Source: Akkermansia sp. (GTDB taxonomy: Bacteria; Verrucomicrobiota; Verrucomicrobiia; Verrucomicrobiales; Akkermansiaceae). Taken from it: a DNA stretch of 38,939 nt. This document shows positions 23,688 to 33,600 of this stretch, piece after piece. The notes under the pieces were generated by a model. It saw only the letters and a program-made list of their open reading frames with translations. It did not search any database and had not been told where the DNA came from. Every line of letters starts with the position of its first letter. Position 1 is the stretch's first letter. The stretch is taken from assembly GCA_017628435.1 (NCBI GenBank), contig JAGBZE010000180.1, positions 1 to 38,939 on the forward strand, written 5' to 3'. The position numbers and the translations under genes are program-made.

Positions 23688-26032
23688 TGAAAGCCGCCAT
23701 CATCGCAGCACTTTCCATCCCGGTATTTACTGCCACTGCCGGTGATTATGCTGCAGATTACGCCCAATCTCGCGAGCAGGCTGACACCTGGCAGGCCTGC
23801 TTCACCCGGATTGAGGAAGATCTGAAGGCCCTCGGCGTGGATTTACAGAGCGCCTCCGGGAGTGCTGAGATTCCGGAAACGGAGGATACCGTTGCGGTTG
23901 CAGACAAAGGCTTATTCTTTGATACAGCCAACTCTGCCCTGGTATACCTGGGTAATGTGCGTTTGCGTGATTCCCGCGCCAACATCAACGCCAGCAGCCA
24001 GCTGCATATTTACATGCAGGAACTCATGGCAAAGAATGAGGCAGAACCTGTGGCCGCCGAGCCTTCCCCCGAAGCTGCCCCCGGAAAAGCCCCAGACACT
24101 GCCCCGAAAACAAAAGCCACGGTAGCGAACCCTTCAGCAAAGGTTCAGACTGCAGCCCCGGTGCAGAAGCAATCTACTCCCCAGGTTCAGGAAGAACCGG
24201 CTCTCATCAACACTCACAGCGCTGTAGCAGACAGCGTCAACAATAACATTTTCCTCTATTCCCCTGCAGGAGGACAGGAAATCCTGCTTCAGCAGGAGAA
24301 AAATATCGTACGCATCACCCCGAAGGCAGATGCCCCCGCCCGCATTCTGGCCGACCCACAGGGCAATATCATGCTGGAGGGAGCACTGGTCGACCTGTGC
24401 ATGGTCGATAAGGAGGGTGCTGTCACCAAGCTTAAATCTACCGGTGGTCTGGTATTCTACCACGCCTCCACCCACACTCTGCATGCTCCCGGCAGCGCCG
24501 AGTTCACCCACCCGGACGGCACACTGAGCTGCAACAACGGGCTTTGCGTAGTACTGACACCCGCCGCAGTTCCCCAACCCTCGGCCAAGGGATTCATGAG
24601 CCAGTTTACCGGGCTGCGTTTCGATGGCATCAACACCGCCACAGCTAAGGGCTGCGTTGTCATGACCAGCGCTGCCGCAGAGGGGCGCGAGGCATTGCGA
24701 GCAGAAGGCGACACCCTGAGCTACAATGGCAAGACGGGAGAATGCTCTCTGCAGGGCACAAAATGCCGTCTGAACTACGGCGGATATGATGTTTACGCTG
24801 ATGAAGGTCTTCACCTGCTGGCCAATGGCGACATTGAACTGAGAGGCGCAGATATTCACGGCACCTATGAACGCGAAAGCGACAAGCCAGGAGAACTCAT
24901 CAAGGGTACATTCAAGGCTCATTCTCTCGTAGTCTTCCGCGCAGACCTGGGTACCATCTCTACCGAGAAGGGACTCGCCCTGGCAGATTCCGAGGCAGAT
25001 TTCAGCTGCACCGGCCCGGCTCACCTGGTACTCACGCCGAAAGAAGATGCAGAGGAACAGAAATCACGGAAACCGGGCATGCCGAATCTGGCCATCGCGC
25101 GATTCGGGGATGTTTCCCGCGCTCGCGCCACCGGCAACGTCATAGCCCACCGTTTTGAGCCTGGCACAGGCAAATGCATCAGTGAGCTGAAGGCCCAGAG
25201 CGTGGAAACAGATTTAGTATCCGGCGAGACTCTGCTGCAGGGCGAGGTGGACCAACCGCTCATTGCCCAGCATGAGAACAACCGCATTGAAGCCATCCCC
25301 GCCACCGGCAGCGCCGCCACCATACAAATTCAGGCCAATGGTGACATGCAACTCAATGGCGAGCGCATCTCTGCCACTATGGTGAATAAGGACGGAACCA
25401 CCACAGCGCGTTGCAAGGACTATGTACGCCTTATCCGCGCTGAGGACAGACTGGAAACCGGCAGCTCCACAGAGCTGCATGCCCCCACGGCTATCCTCAC
25501 CACCAATGGACGCCTGAGTGCCAGGCTGACGACCTCAGAAGAAACGTCTGACACAAGTGAACCGCGCAAACCAGGCCTGAGAGGATTCCGATTCAATTAC
25601 AACGGTATCCGCGAGGCCATCACCCAGGAAGGCTGCACACTGCGTACCGAGCAGGGCTCCATGCAGTGCACCGGCCCGGTTCGTCTGGAAATGACTGAGA
25701 CGTCCGATAAGAAGGACACTCAGATGGGAGGCCTGAAGTATGCCACAGCGTCCGGGAATGTAGCGGTGGCAGGCAAGGACAACACCGGCCGGCTTCTCCG
25801 CGCAACGGGTGATTTGCTCACCATTGACGCAGCAACCGGCATGAAGGTGCTTACCGGCCAGCGTGTCACACTGGGAGATGCTTACAACACTCACATCATC
25901 ACCGGCAAGGGTGCAGCCATCCGCATCGATGCCAACAACAACGTCAAAATCAGCGGCGGGAGCCACACCACCCATGCTTCCAATGTGCGCCAGCAGCTGG
26001 ACAATCAAAAAAACAAGAAGACCAAGAAGTAA
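23684..26032 (+). CDS. Large periplasmic LptA/OstA-like beta-jellyroll protein
   Basis: Signal peptide and recurring OstA-type motifs (LVYLGNVRL, ATAKGCVVM, AEGDTLSYN, RATGNV, ATASGNVAV, ATGDLLTID). Occupies the lptA position in kdsA-lptC-X-lptB. Confidence 0.65.
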   Translation: MMKAAIIAALSIPVFTATAGDYAADYAQSREQADTWQACFTRIEEDLKALGVDLQSASGSAEIPETEDTVAVADKGLFFDTANSALVYLGNVRLRDSRANINASSQLHIYMQELMAKNEAEPVAAEPSPEAAPGKAPDTAPKTKATVANPSAKVQTAAPVQKQSTPQVQEEPALINTHSAVADSVNNNIFLYSPAGGQEILLQQEKNIVRITPKADAPARILADPQGNIMLEGALVDLCMVDKEGAVTKLKSTGGLVFYHASTHTLHAPGSAEFTHPDGTLSCNNGLCVVLTPAAVPQPSAKGFMSQFTGLRFDGINTATAKGCVVMTSAAAEGREALRAEGDTLSYNGKTGECSLQGTKCRLNYGGYDVYADEGLHLLANGDIELRGADIHGTYERESDKPGELIKGTFKAHSLVVFRADLGTISTEKGLALADSEADFSCTGPAHLVLTPKEDAEEQKSRKPGMPNLAIARFGDVSRARATGNVIAHRFEPGTGKCISELKAQSVETDLVSGETLLQGEVDQPLIAQHENNRIEAIPATGSAATIQIQANGDMQLNGERISATMVNKDGTTTARCKDYVRLIRAEDRLETGSSTELHAPTAILTTNGRLSARLTTSEETSDTSEPRKPGLRGFRFNYNGIREAITQEGCTLRTEQGSMQCTGPVRLEMTETSDKKDTQMGGLKYATASGNVAVAGKDNTGRLLRATGDLLTIDAATGMKVLTGQRVTLGDAYNTHIITGKGAAIRIDANNNVKISGGSHTTHASNVRQQLDNQKNKKTKK

Positions 26033-26034
26033 CT

Positions 26035-26766
26035 ATGGATACCCTTCTCAAAGCCAATGGGCTCTGCAAATCCTACGGCGAACGCCAGGTTGTCAGCAAT
26101 GTGAACTTCACCGTGAATGCCGGTGAAATCGTGGGGCTGCTCGGCCCTAACGGTGCCGGAAAGACCACCTCGTTCTACATGGTAGCCGGCCTTGTCCGCC
26201 CTGATACCGGCACCGTTGATTTCTGCGGCCAGGATGTTTCCGGGCTACCCATGCACCTGCGCGCCCGACTGGGCATGGGCTACCTGCCCCAGGAAGAATC
26301 CATCTTCCGCAAGCTGACGGTGAATGAGAACCTCATGGCCATTCTTGAAACCCGTGCCGACCTCACCCGCAAGGAACAGAAGGAAAAGTGTGATGAGCTT
26401 CTGGAGCGTTTCAACATCACCCGCCTGCGCAAGAGCCAGTCCATCCAGCTCTCCGGTGGCGAAAAGCGCCGACTGACCATCGCCCGTGCTCTGGCTGCTA
26501 ATCCGAAGCTGCTTATGCTCGATGAACCGTTTGCCGGCGTGGATCCAATCGCCGTGCAGGACATCCAGCACATCGTGGCCTCCCTGCGTGAAACGGATGG
26601 TCTCTCCATCCTCATCACCGACCACAACGTGCGCGAAACGCTGGGCATCGTGGACCGTGCCTACATTCTGTTCGAGGGCAAGGTTATCAAGGAAGGCAAT
26701 GCCGAAGAGATTGCCAACGACCCCAAGACCCGCAAGATTTACCTGGGCGAGCAGTTCAAGATGTAA
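26035..26766 (+). CDS. lptB: LPS export ABC transporter ATP-binding protein
   Basis: GPNGAGKTT, YLPQEESIFRKL, LSGGEKRR, LDEPFAGVDP, ITDHNVRETL and YLGEQF motifs. Confidence 0.97.
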   Translation: MDTLLKANGLCKSYGERQVVSNVNFTVNAGEIVGLLGPNGAGKTTSFYMVAGLVRPDTGTVDFCGQDVSGLPMHLRARLGMGYLPQEESIFRKLTVNENLMAILETRADLTRKEQKEKCDELLERFNITRLRKSQSIQLSGGEKRRLTIARALAANPKLLMLDEPFAGVDPIAVQDIQHIVASLRETDGLSILITDHNVRETLGIVDRAYILFEGKVIKEGNAEEIANDPKTRKIYLGEQFKM

Positions 26767-27730
26767 ACAGCGGCGCTAAAATAGCACACAGTTCATCATA
26801 TGAGGCCACACGCGAAAGCTGTGGCCTCATTGCTTTGGTACCGGGAATCCCCTTGGCATATGCCAGCAGGCGGGAGCGCATGGCGCGCATGGTCACCAGC
26901 TCATCACCATAGTGGCAGCTATCCAGCGCCATGCGGGTATGGCGCAGCATGAAATTCAGGCGCTCCTGCGGTGTGGGCGAATCCGGCACCACGCCGGTGC
27001 GCAGGTATTCCTTGGCCTGGCGGAACAACCAAGGAGCATTCATAGCAGCGCGGCCAATCATCACCGCCGAAACTGCCGTTGTCTCGCGAGCTCGCTGTAC
27101 GTCCTGCGGAGTACAGATATCGCCATTACCGATAATCGGGATACTCACCAGGCGGGCACAGTGGTCAATCATGCTCCAATCAGCCTGTCCACCGTACTGC
27201 TGCGAGCGGGTACGGCCATGAATGGCAATCGCCTGCACACCGGCGTCCTCCAGGCGGCGCACGGCCTCCGGCGCGCAGATATGCTCCATATCCCAGCCAA
27301 TGCGGATTTTAGTGGTCACCGGACAATCATTGCCCAGCTCCTGCACCACAGCAGCGGCAATATTCTGCAACAAGGGCAAATCCTTCAGTAGAGAAGAGCC
27401 TCCATTCTTACCGACCACCTTGGGCACCGGGCAACCGGCATTGATATCCAGAAAATCCGGGTGCATGGCATCCACAATAATACGGGCAGCGGCAGCGCAA
27501 TGCTCCGGCACGGAGCCGAAAATCTGCACCCCCAGCGGGCGATGCGCATCCTCGAACTCCACATAGCGGCGGTTGCGGCTCCAGGCCTGCAGCACCCCCT
27601 CTGCCGATACAAACTCCGTCACCATCACATCCGCCCCTTCTTCCTTGCACAACGTACGGAAGATGGGGTCGGTCACCCCGGCCATGGGGGCTAAATACAG
27701 AGGAAAGTTTGAAAAATCCGGCAGCGGCAT
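26756..27730 (-). CDS. dusB: tRNA-dihydrouridine synthase (DusB/NifR3 family)
   Basis: LAPMAGVTD, DINAGCP, KIRIGW, HGRTR, GNGDI and MIGRAA motifs. Confidence 0.93.
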   Translation of the reverse strand: MPLPDFSNFPLYLAPMAGVTDPIFRTLCKEEGADVMVTEFVSAEGVLQAWSRNRRYVEFEDAHRPLGVQIFGSVPEHCAAAARIIVDAMHPDFLDINAGCPVPKVVGKNGGSSLLKDLPLLQNIAAAVVQELGNDCPVTTKIRIGWDMEHICAPEAVRRLEDAGVQAIAIHGRTRSQQYGGQADWSMIDHCARLVSIPIIGNGDICTPQDVQRARETTAVSAVMIGRAAMNAPWLFRQAKEYLRTGVVPDSPTPQERLNFMLRHTRMALDSCHYGDELVTMRAMRSRLLAYAKGIPGTKAMRPQLSRVASYDELCAILAPLFTS

Positions 27731-27737
27731 GGCGCGC

Positions 27738-27766
27738 AGTGTATCATACTCTCACCGGTGGCACAA
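27738..27766 (-). promoter_or_regulatory. dusB promoter (leaderless)
   Basis: TTGTGC (27766-27761), 17 bp, TACACT (27743-27738) with extended TG. ATG follows after 7 nt. Confidence 0.65.
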
Positions 27767-27779
27767 GGCTTTTGTCACC

Positions 27780-27864
27780 GTCCACGCGCAGCGCGGATTT
27801 CGTCCTGCCCCGCAGGGACAGGATTTCGTCACGTAGTGATTTCGTCCGGAGCAGCCGGATATCG
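27780..27864 (-). repeat. Tandem array of four hairpins joined by identical CGAAA linkers (candidate structured RNA/ssDNA element)
   Basis: Hairpins at 27781-27797, 27803-27823, 27829-27839 and 27845-27859. GATTTCGTC occurs three times on +. Confidence 0.75.
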
Positions 27865-27962
27865 TTTCCCAATTATGCAAATCCGGATTTTCCCCAATGT
27901 ATGGGGAACAATTTACCCCAGCTCCACCGAACAAAACCCTCCCGTCGGTCGACCGAAAAAAA

Positions 27963-29096
27963 TCACCAGAAAAGGCTCTCCACCCAGCCCATATAAGCAG
28001 AAACAAGCTCCACACCCCAGAACAACCAGATGGCAGCAGCGGCAATGAGTGCCGGGCCGAATGGCATGGGAATGCCTCGCCCGATGCGCGCCACCACGGC
28101 TGCTGCAATGCCGATGAAACTGCCGCCTACCAGCGCAAACACCACGCCCTGCCAGCCGCAGAGAGCACCAATAGCCAGAGCGAGCCAGGCATCGCCACTG
28201 CCCATGGCCTCCTTGCGGGCAGCATAGCCACGACAGGTGCCGCGCAGTTCCTCGTGCTCCTCCAGCGCAAGGCGGGTACCATCCGGCAGCGTCAGGGAAT
28301 CTACCGTAAACACCAGTTCCCCGGCCCCGGTTTCATGGGTGGACTCGGTGCCAGCCACCAGGGTGAATCGATTACTCGTCTCCAGAAACAAATCACTCCA
28401 GAGCAAACGCTCACCACCAATCAGAAGCTCCACATCCTCGCCATCTGCAGCCTGATGCAGCACCCACTCCTGCGACGCATCAAAAGCCTGCTGCTTGCGC
28501 CCAAAGAAAAACTTACCGACCCATGCCACTAGACGGAACAACAGGAAACCGCCGAAAGCACCGCTCAGGCTGCTCATCAGCCCCTGCACATAATCCACAC
28601 CATCCCCGCTGAACCAGGGAGAAAGCAGATTCACCCCCACCCCAGCCACCGCAGCGATGAGCGTAAGCCCAGGCAATACTACCATCTGCTCCCAGTCAAT
28701 GCAGAAACAGGCCAGCATCACTGCCCCCCAGACACACAACAACAGCTGGGTAATGATATCATCCGTGCAGAAATACCAGGCCACCGCAGCAAACAGAAGG
28801 GCGCACACCAACTCCACTACGCAATAGCGGGCGGTATAATGCTTACCGCAGCAGGCAGTGCGCCCGCGTAACAGCACGTAACTGATAATCGGCAGATTCA
28901 GATACCATGGGATAGGCGCCTTGCACTGCGGGCAGAACGAACGACGCGGCTCATTCACACTCATGCCTCGAGGCATGCGGTATATCACCACATTCAGGAA
29001 CGACCCCACACAGGCCCCGAACAAACCGAAAAACAAAGGCAGCAACCACGGCGTGGTGGCCGTTATCTCCTGCGTGAATGTGTAAATCTCCTCCAT
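27963..29096 (-). CDS. pilD: Prepilin peptidase / N-methyltransferase (A24A)
   Basis: GSFLNVVIYRMP, RSFCPQC, PIISYVLLRGRTACC, CID, MGSGD and PFGPAL motifs. Confidence 0.93.
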   Translation of the reverse strand: MEEIYTFTQEITATTPWLLPLFFGLFGACVGSFLNVVIYRMPRGMSVNEPRRSFCPQCKAPIPWYLNLPIISYVLLRGRTACCGKHYTARYCVVELVCALLFAAVAWYFCTDDIITQLLLCVWGAVMLACFCIDWEQMVVLPGLTLIAAVAGVGVNLLSPWFSGDGVDYVQGLMSSLSGAFGGFLLFRLVAWVGKFFFGRKQQAFDASQEWVLHQAADGEDVELLIGGERLLWSDLFLETSNRFTLVAGTESTHETGAGELVFTVDSLTLPDGTRLALEEHEELRGTCRGYAARKEAMGSGDAWLALAIGALCGWQGVVFALVGGSFIGIAAAVVARIGRGIPMPFGPALIAAAAIWLFWGVELVSAYMGWVESLFW

Positions 29097-29112
29097 GGCG
29101 TTGACTTAACTG

Positions 29113-29141
29113 AACATAGCATATCCCCCTTCCCCGCGCAA
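29113..29141 (-). promoter_or_regulatory. pilD promoter
   Basis: TTGCGC (29141-29136), 17 bp, TATGTT (29118-29113) with extended TG. Confidence 0.6.
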
Positions 29142-29173
29142 ACAAAAAGACCGGCAGTACATCCTGCCGGTCT
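29141..29173 (-). terminator. Intrinsic terminator of the efflux operon
   Basis: AGACCGGCAG-6 nt-CTGCCGGTCT perfect 10-bp stem followed on the minus strand by TTTTGTT. Confidence 0.85.
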
Positions 29174-29196
29174 GAAATTGTGTTGTATAGCCAGAT

Positions 29197-30585
29197 TTAC
29201 TTATTCTGCCAGCCGCCACCCAGCTGGGTGTAGAGGGTGGGTATGCAAGCGGCATACTGGTAGCGATAAGCAGCCAGCTGAGTCTGCGCCGGGAAAAGAG
29301 CCTGCTGAGCCGTCAGCACCTCATAATAGCTGGCAAGACCCTGCGTGTAGCGGGCCTGTGCCAGCTTCACACTCTCCTGAGAGGAAGCCACGGCCTGCTC
29401 CTGCTTCTTCATGATATCGCGCAGCTTGGTGCGCTGAGTCAGCGTGGTGGAAATTTCTGCCAGGGCAGAAAGCACAGTCTGCTCGTAATCTGCCTTGGCG
29501 GCCAGGAAAGCATCGCGCTTCATCTCCTCATTAGCTCGCAGTGAGCCGGCATTGAACAGCGGACCTGTCAGGTTGGCACCAATGCCCCATCCATCCTCGC
29601 TGCGGGCCAGGCCATGGCGCAGGTCAGGCGTAGCGATACCGGCAAGACCAGTCAGGCTGATGCTGGGGAAATAACTGGCAATGGCCACACCAATCTCTGC
29701 ATTGGCAGCGCGAAGCTTCTGCTCTGCAGCGCGGATATCCGGACGGCGGGCAATCACATCAGCGGGAATGCCGGCAGCCACTCCACTGGCGTTGGCAAAG
29801 GCCATCATGTTGCCACCGCGGGTTATAGGGCCGGGAGCACGCCCAGCCAGCACGGAAAGCGTATTCTCCATCTCAGCAATCTGCATCTCCAGATTCGGGA
29901 TCTGGGCTTCTGCTGCATGCAGATGGTATTCAGCAGAAGAGGTCTGCAGGCGGTCGGCCACGCCTCCCTCCAGCTGGTTTTCAAACAACTTGAGAGATTC
30001 GCGGTAAGAAGCCACTGCATCGCGGGCAATCTTGAGCTGCTCATCGAGCATGATGAGGCGGAGATACCCGCTGGCTACCTGCTTCATGAGCGAAATTCGC
30101 ATATTGTTGAGCCCTTCTTCCGCTGCCAGGGCCTGTGCTTCTGCGCTTTCCACGCCCTTGCGGGTCTTGCCCCAGATATCGAGCTCCCACGAGGCGCTCA
30201 CACCGGCAGCCCCGGGCACGCGTGTCTCATCTGCCGTGGCAACAGTAGCCGGCGAGCTGGCGCCCTTGCTGGCCTGGCCAAGATACCCCAGGGAGGGGAA
30301 CATGGGTGCTCGTGCCACCGTGATATAGCGGCGGGCAGATTCCACGTTGTGCATCATCGCCTCCAGGCTACGGTTGCTGGCAAATACATCATCCAGCAGC
30401 TTCTGCAGATTTTCATCCTTCAGCACCTGCTGCCAAGGCAGATCAGCCATGGTGCTGCCGGCTACACCAGCCCCGCGGAACTCTGCGGGCACGGGCATCT
30501 CAGGCGCTGTCCACAGCGGGCCGAAAGAGCAGGAAGCCATCATACCGGCCGCACCTGCAAGACTCAGAATTAGTGCGCGTTTCAT
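29197..30585 (-). CDS. RND efflux outer-membrane factor lipoprotein (OprM/NodT family)
   Basis: Lipobox MASC. SWELDIWG, RRPDIRAAE, FPSISLTG and LYTQLGGGW motifs. Confidence 0.93.
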   Translation of the reverse strand: MKRALILSLAGAAGMMASCSFGPLWTAPEMPVPAEFRGAGVAGSTMADLPWQQVLKDENLQKLLDDVFASNRSLEAMMHNVESARRYITVARAPMFPSLGYLGQASKGASSPATVATADETRVPGAAGVSASWELDIWGKTRKGVESAEAQALAAEEGLNNMRISLMKQVASGYLRLIMLDEQLKIARDAVASYRESLKLFENQLEGGVADRLQTSSAEYHLHAAEAQIPNLEMQIAEMENTLSVLAGRAPGPITRGGNMMAFANASGVAAGIPADVIARRPDIRAAEQKLRAANAEIGVAIASYFPSISLTGLAGIATPDLRHGLARSEDGWGIGANLTGPLFNAGSLRANEEMKRDAFLAAKADYEQTVLSALAEISTTLTQRTKLRDIMKKQEQAVASSQESVKLAQARYTQGLASYYEVLTAQQALFPAQTQLAAYRYQYAACIPTLYTQLGGGWQNK

Positions 30586-30594
30586 ATTGAGCTT

Positions 30595-30622
30595 ATATTA
30601 TCGATTTGCTTGATATTGTCAA
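30595..30622 (-). promoter_or_regulatory. Internal promoter upstream of the OMF gene
   Basis: TTGACA (30622-30617), 16 bp, TAATAT (30600-30595). ATG follows after 9 nt. Confidence 0.65.
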
Positions 30623-30636
30623 GTATTTTTATCCTG

Positions 30637-33600
30637 TTATTCATCGTCCTTATGAGCCGCCAGATATGCACGGGCACCGGCCTCATCCGGGTCTTCCCCC
30701 AGGGTTGCCAGTTTGAATTTAATGCGGAACAAACGCATGATGAATAGATACGAACAGGGAATGAGGAACACGCCCACCACGGTAGCCACGGTCATACCCA
30801 CCACCACCACAGTGCCGATGGAGCAGCGAGCCAGTGCGCCGGAGCCGCTGGCCATCATGAGCGGCACACAGCCTAGAATGAAAGCCAGTGAAGTCATAAG
30901 AATGGGGCGCAGACGCAGTTTTGCAGCGGAAAGAGTGGCAGCCATGAGGTCCTTACCGCGCTCCATTTCCAGGTTGGCGAACTCCACTATGAGAATGGCA
31001 TTCTTGGCAGCCAGACCCACCAGCATCACCAGGCCGACCTGGGCATACAGATTGAGTTCCATCCCCATCCAGTACAAACCAGCATAGGCACCAAGCACAG
31101 CAATGGGCACCGTGAGGAACACCGAAATCGGCAGTGTCCACTTCTCATACAGCGCCACCAGAATAAGGAAGGCAAACACCGAGGACATCGTGAAGATAGC
31201 CGCCAGACCCGTGCTGTTGCGAACCTTGTTTTCCTGGAATGACATATCCTGATAATCCATACCGATCTTGGAGGGATCCATGGTTTCGGCATACACCTGC
31301 TCCATGGCTTCCATGAGCTGCTGGGTGGAGAAGCCGGGGCGCGGCATCACATTCAGCTTGGCAGAATTATAGATATTGTGGTGCATCACGAACTCAGTAT
31401 CCGCAATATCCTTGATCTTCACCAGAGCCGAAAGCGGCACGCGTTCGCCGTCCATATTGGTCACGAAGAACCCATCCATCTTGTCCAGGCTCACGCGGTC
31501 CGCGCCCTGAGCCTGCATGTACACCTGCCACTGCTGGCCGAATGCATTGAAGAAGTTCACAAAAGACGAGCCGTTGTAAGTAGCCAGCAGACTATTGGCT
31601 GCCGCAATTTCCACGCGGTGGAACTTGCATTTCTCCTTATCCAGCTCCATAAACTTCTGCGGGGTGTCAGCCATCATCATATCCATACACACGGCCACCT
31701 CGGGGCGCTGCCGTGCGGCTTCCTCGAAACGCAGCACCTGCTCGCGGAGGAACGGCACCCCCTGGCCTTCCAGGTCGTTGAGCACCATCGTCACGCCATT
31801 GGCCGTGCCCACACCGGGAATCGCAGGAGGCATCAGCACCATAGCCATGCCATCCAACGCGGCAGCATGCAGGCGCGCCTCGATGCGTTTCTGCACCTCG
31901 GCTGCGGTTTCAGGGCGGTCTTTCCAGTCCTTGAGCTCAATGAAAGCAATGCAGGCACCGGGGGTCTGCACACTGTTCAGGATATTGATACCCACCACCG
32001 TGGTCAGGTTCTTGACAGCGGGGTCCGAAAGAGCGTCTTCAAACTTTTTATTCTCGGAATAGGCCACCTGCAAGGAAGTATCAGGCTTCATAACGAGTGC
32101 TGCCAGCAGGAATCCCTGGTCTTCATCCGGCAGGAATGCCTTGGGCACCAGCTTCGCCATGGGAGCGATGGCTGCCCAGAACAGCAACAGCAGGGGCATG
32201 GAGAAAATCAACTTGCGGCACAGGGCACCACAGATTTTCACATACACATTTGCCGTGCAATCGTAGCACTTGTTGAACAACTTGTAGAATGGCTTGAATA
32301 TGCCGCGATTCTGTTTTGCCGGCTTGAGCATGAGCGCACACAAAGCCGGCGAGAGCGTCAGCGCATTGAACGCCGATATGAGCATGGACACGGCAATGGT
32401 GATGGCGAACTGCTTGAACAGTGTGCCGGTGATACCCTCCAGCAGCAGCGAAGGAAGGAACACGGCGGCCAGCACCAGTGCAATGGCGATAACCGGGCCG
32501 CTCACTTCCTGCATAGCGGCAAAAGCAGCCATGCGGGGATTCAGCCCCTTATCGATGTGGTGCTGCACTGCTTCCACCACCACGATGGCGTCATCCACTA
32601 CCAGACCAATGGCCAGCACCATACCCAGCAGGGAAATGGTATTGAGCGAGAATCCCAGCAGGGGGAATACGCAGAATGTCGATATAAGAGACACCGGCAC
32701 GGCAATGAGCGGAATGAGAGTCGCGCGGAAATTCTGCAGGAACATGAATACCACCAGCGCCACCAGCACAATGGCTTCGATAAACGTACGCTTGATTTCA
32801 TCAATGGAGTAGCGTACGGCCGTTGTCGTGTCCAGCGAGACATCACCCGTGATACCCTGCGGCATGATGGCTGCCTGCTTTTCAAAGGTCTTGCGCAGGC
32901 GGTCCACCGTGTCAATGGCATTGGACCCCGGCGTCTGGAAAACCACCACGGCGGCAGAAACCTGGCGGTTCAGGCGGCCGGTGGCAGAATAGTTTTCAGA
33001 CCCCAGCTCCACCTTGGCAATATCCTTCAGGTAGATAATCTCATCACCCACCTGGCGCACAATGATATTCTCGAACTCGGCAGGGTCCGTGAGGCGCCCC
33101 TGGGTGCGGATAGCGATGGTCTTTTCCTGGCCATCGGGCACGGGGTCGGCACCCACTTTACCACCGGGATTGGTGGCATTCTGGGCAGCAATGGCAGCCC
33201 GGACCTCTCCGACCGAGAGGTTGTAGTGGGTCATGATGTTGGTATCCAGCCAGATACGGATAGCATAACGACCGGCACCGTATACCGTTACTTCACCCAC
33301 GCCTTCCACACGCTTCAGCTCATCCACCATCTTGACCTGGGCATAGTTGGCCAGGTCCACAGAGTTGTAGCTGCCATCCGGTGAATACAGGGAGTAGATA
33401 ATGAGAGGCAGACCTGGCTGCTGGCGAATGGTAACGCCAGCATTGAGCACCTCGGTCGGCACCTGTGACTGCGCCTGACCATAGCGCATATTGGTGAACA
33501 CCTGGTCGAGATCGGGGTCGGTATCCGGGTTGAACACCACCTGCAGGGAATACACACCGTTGTTAGAAGAAACGGAGGTCATGTAATCCATGCCCTGCAC

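Noticed and set aside
27780-27864. Mini-CRISPR interpretation of the GATTTCGTC repeats
   Set aside because: The repeat is only 9 bp, the spacers are 7-17 bp and self-complementary, and there are no cas genes.
27780-27864. Hammerhead ribozyme (GGACGAAA resembles the stem II-GAAA junction)
   Set aside because: No CUGANGA core is present on that strand in 27770-27960.
31378-33384. 668-aa plus-strand ORF
   Set aside because: Antisense shadow of the RND permease, with no recognisable motifs.
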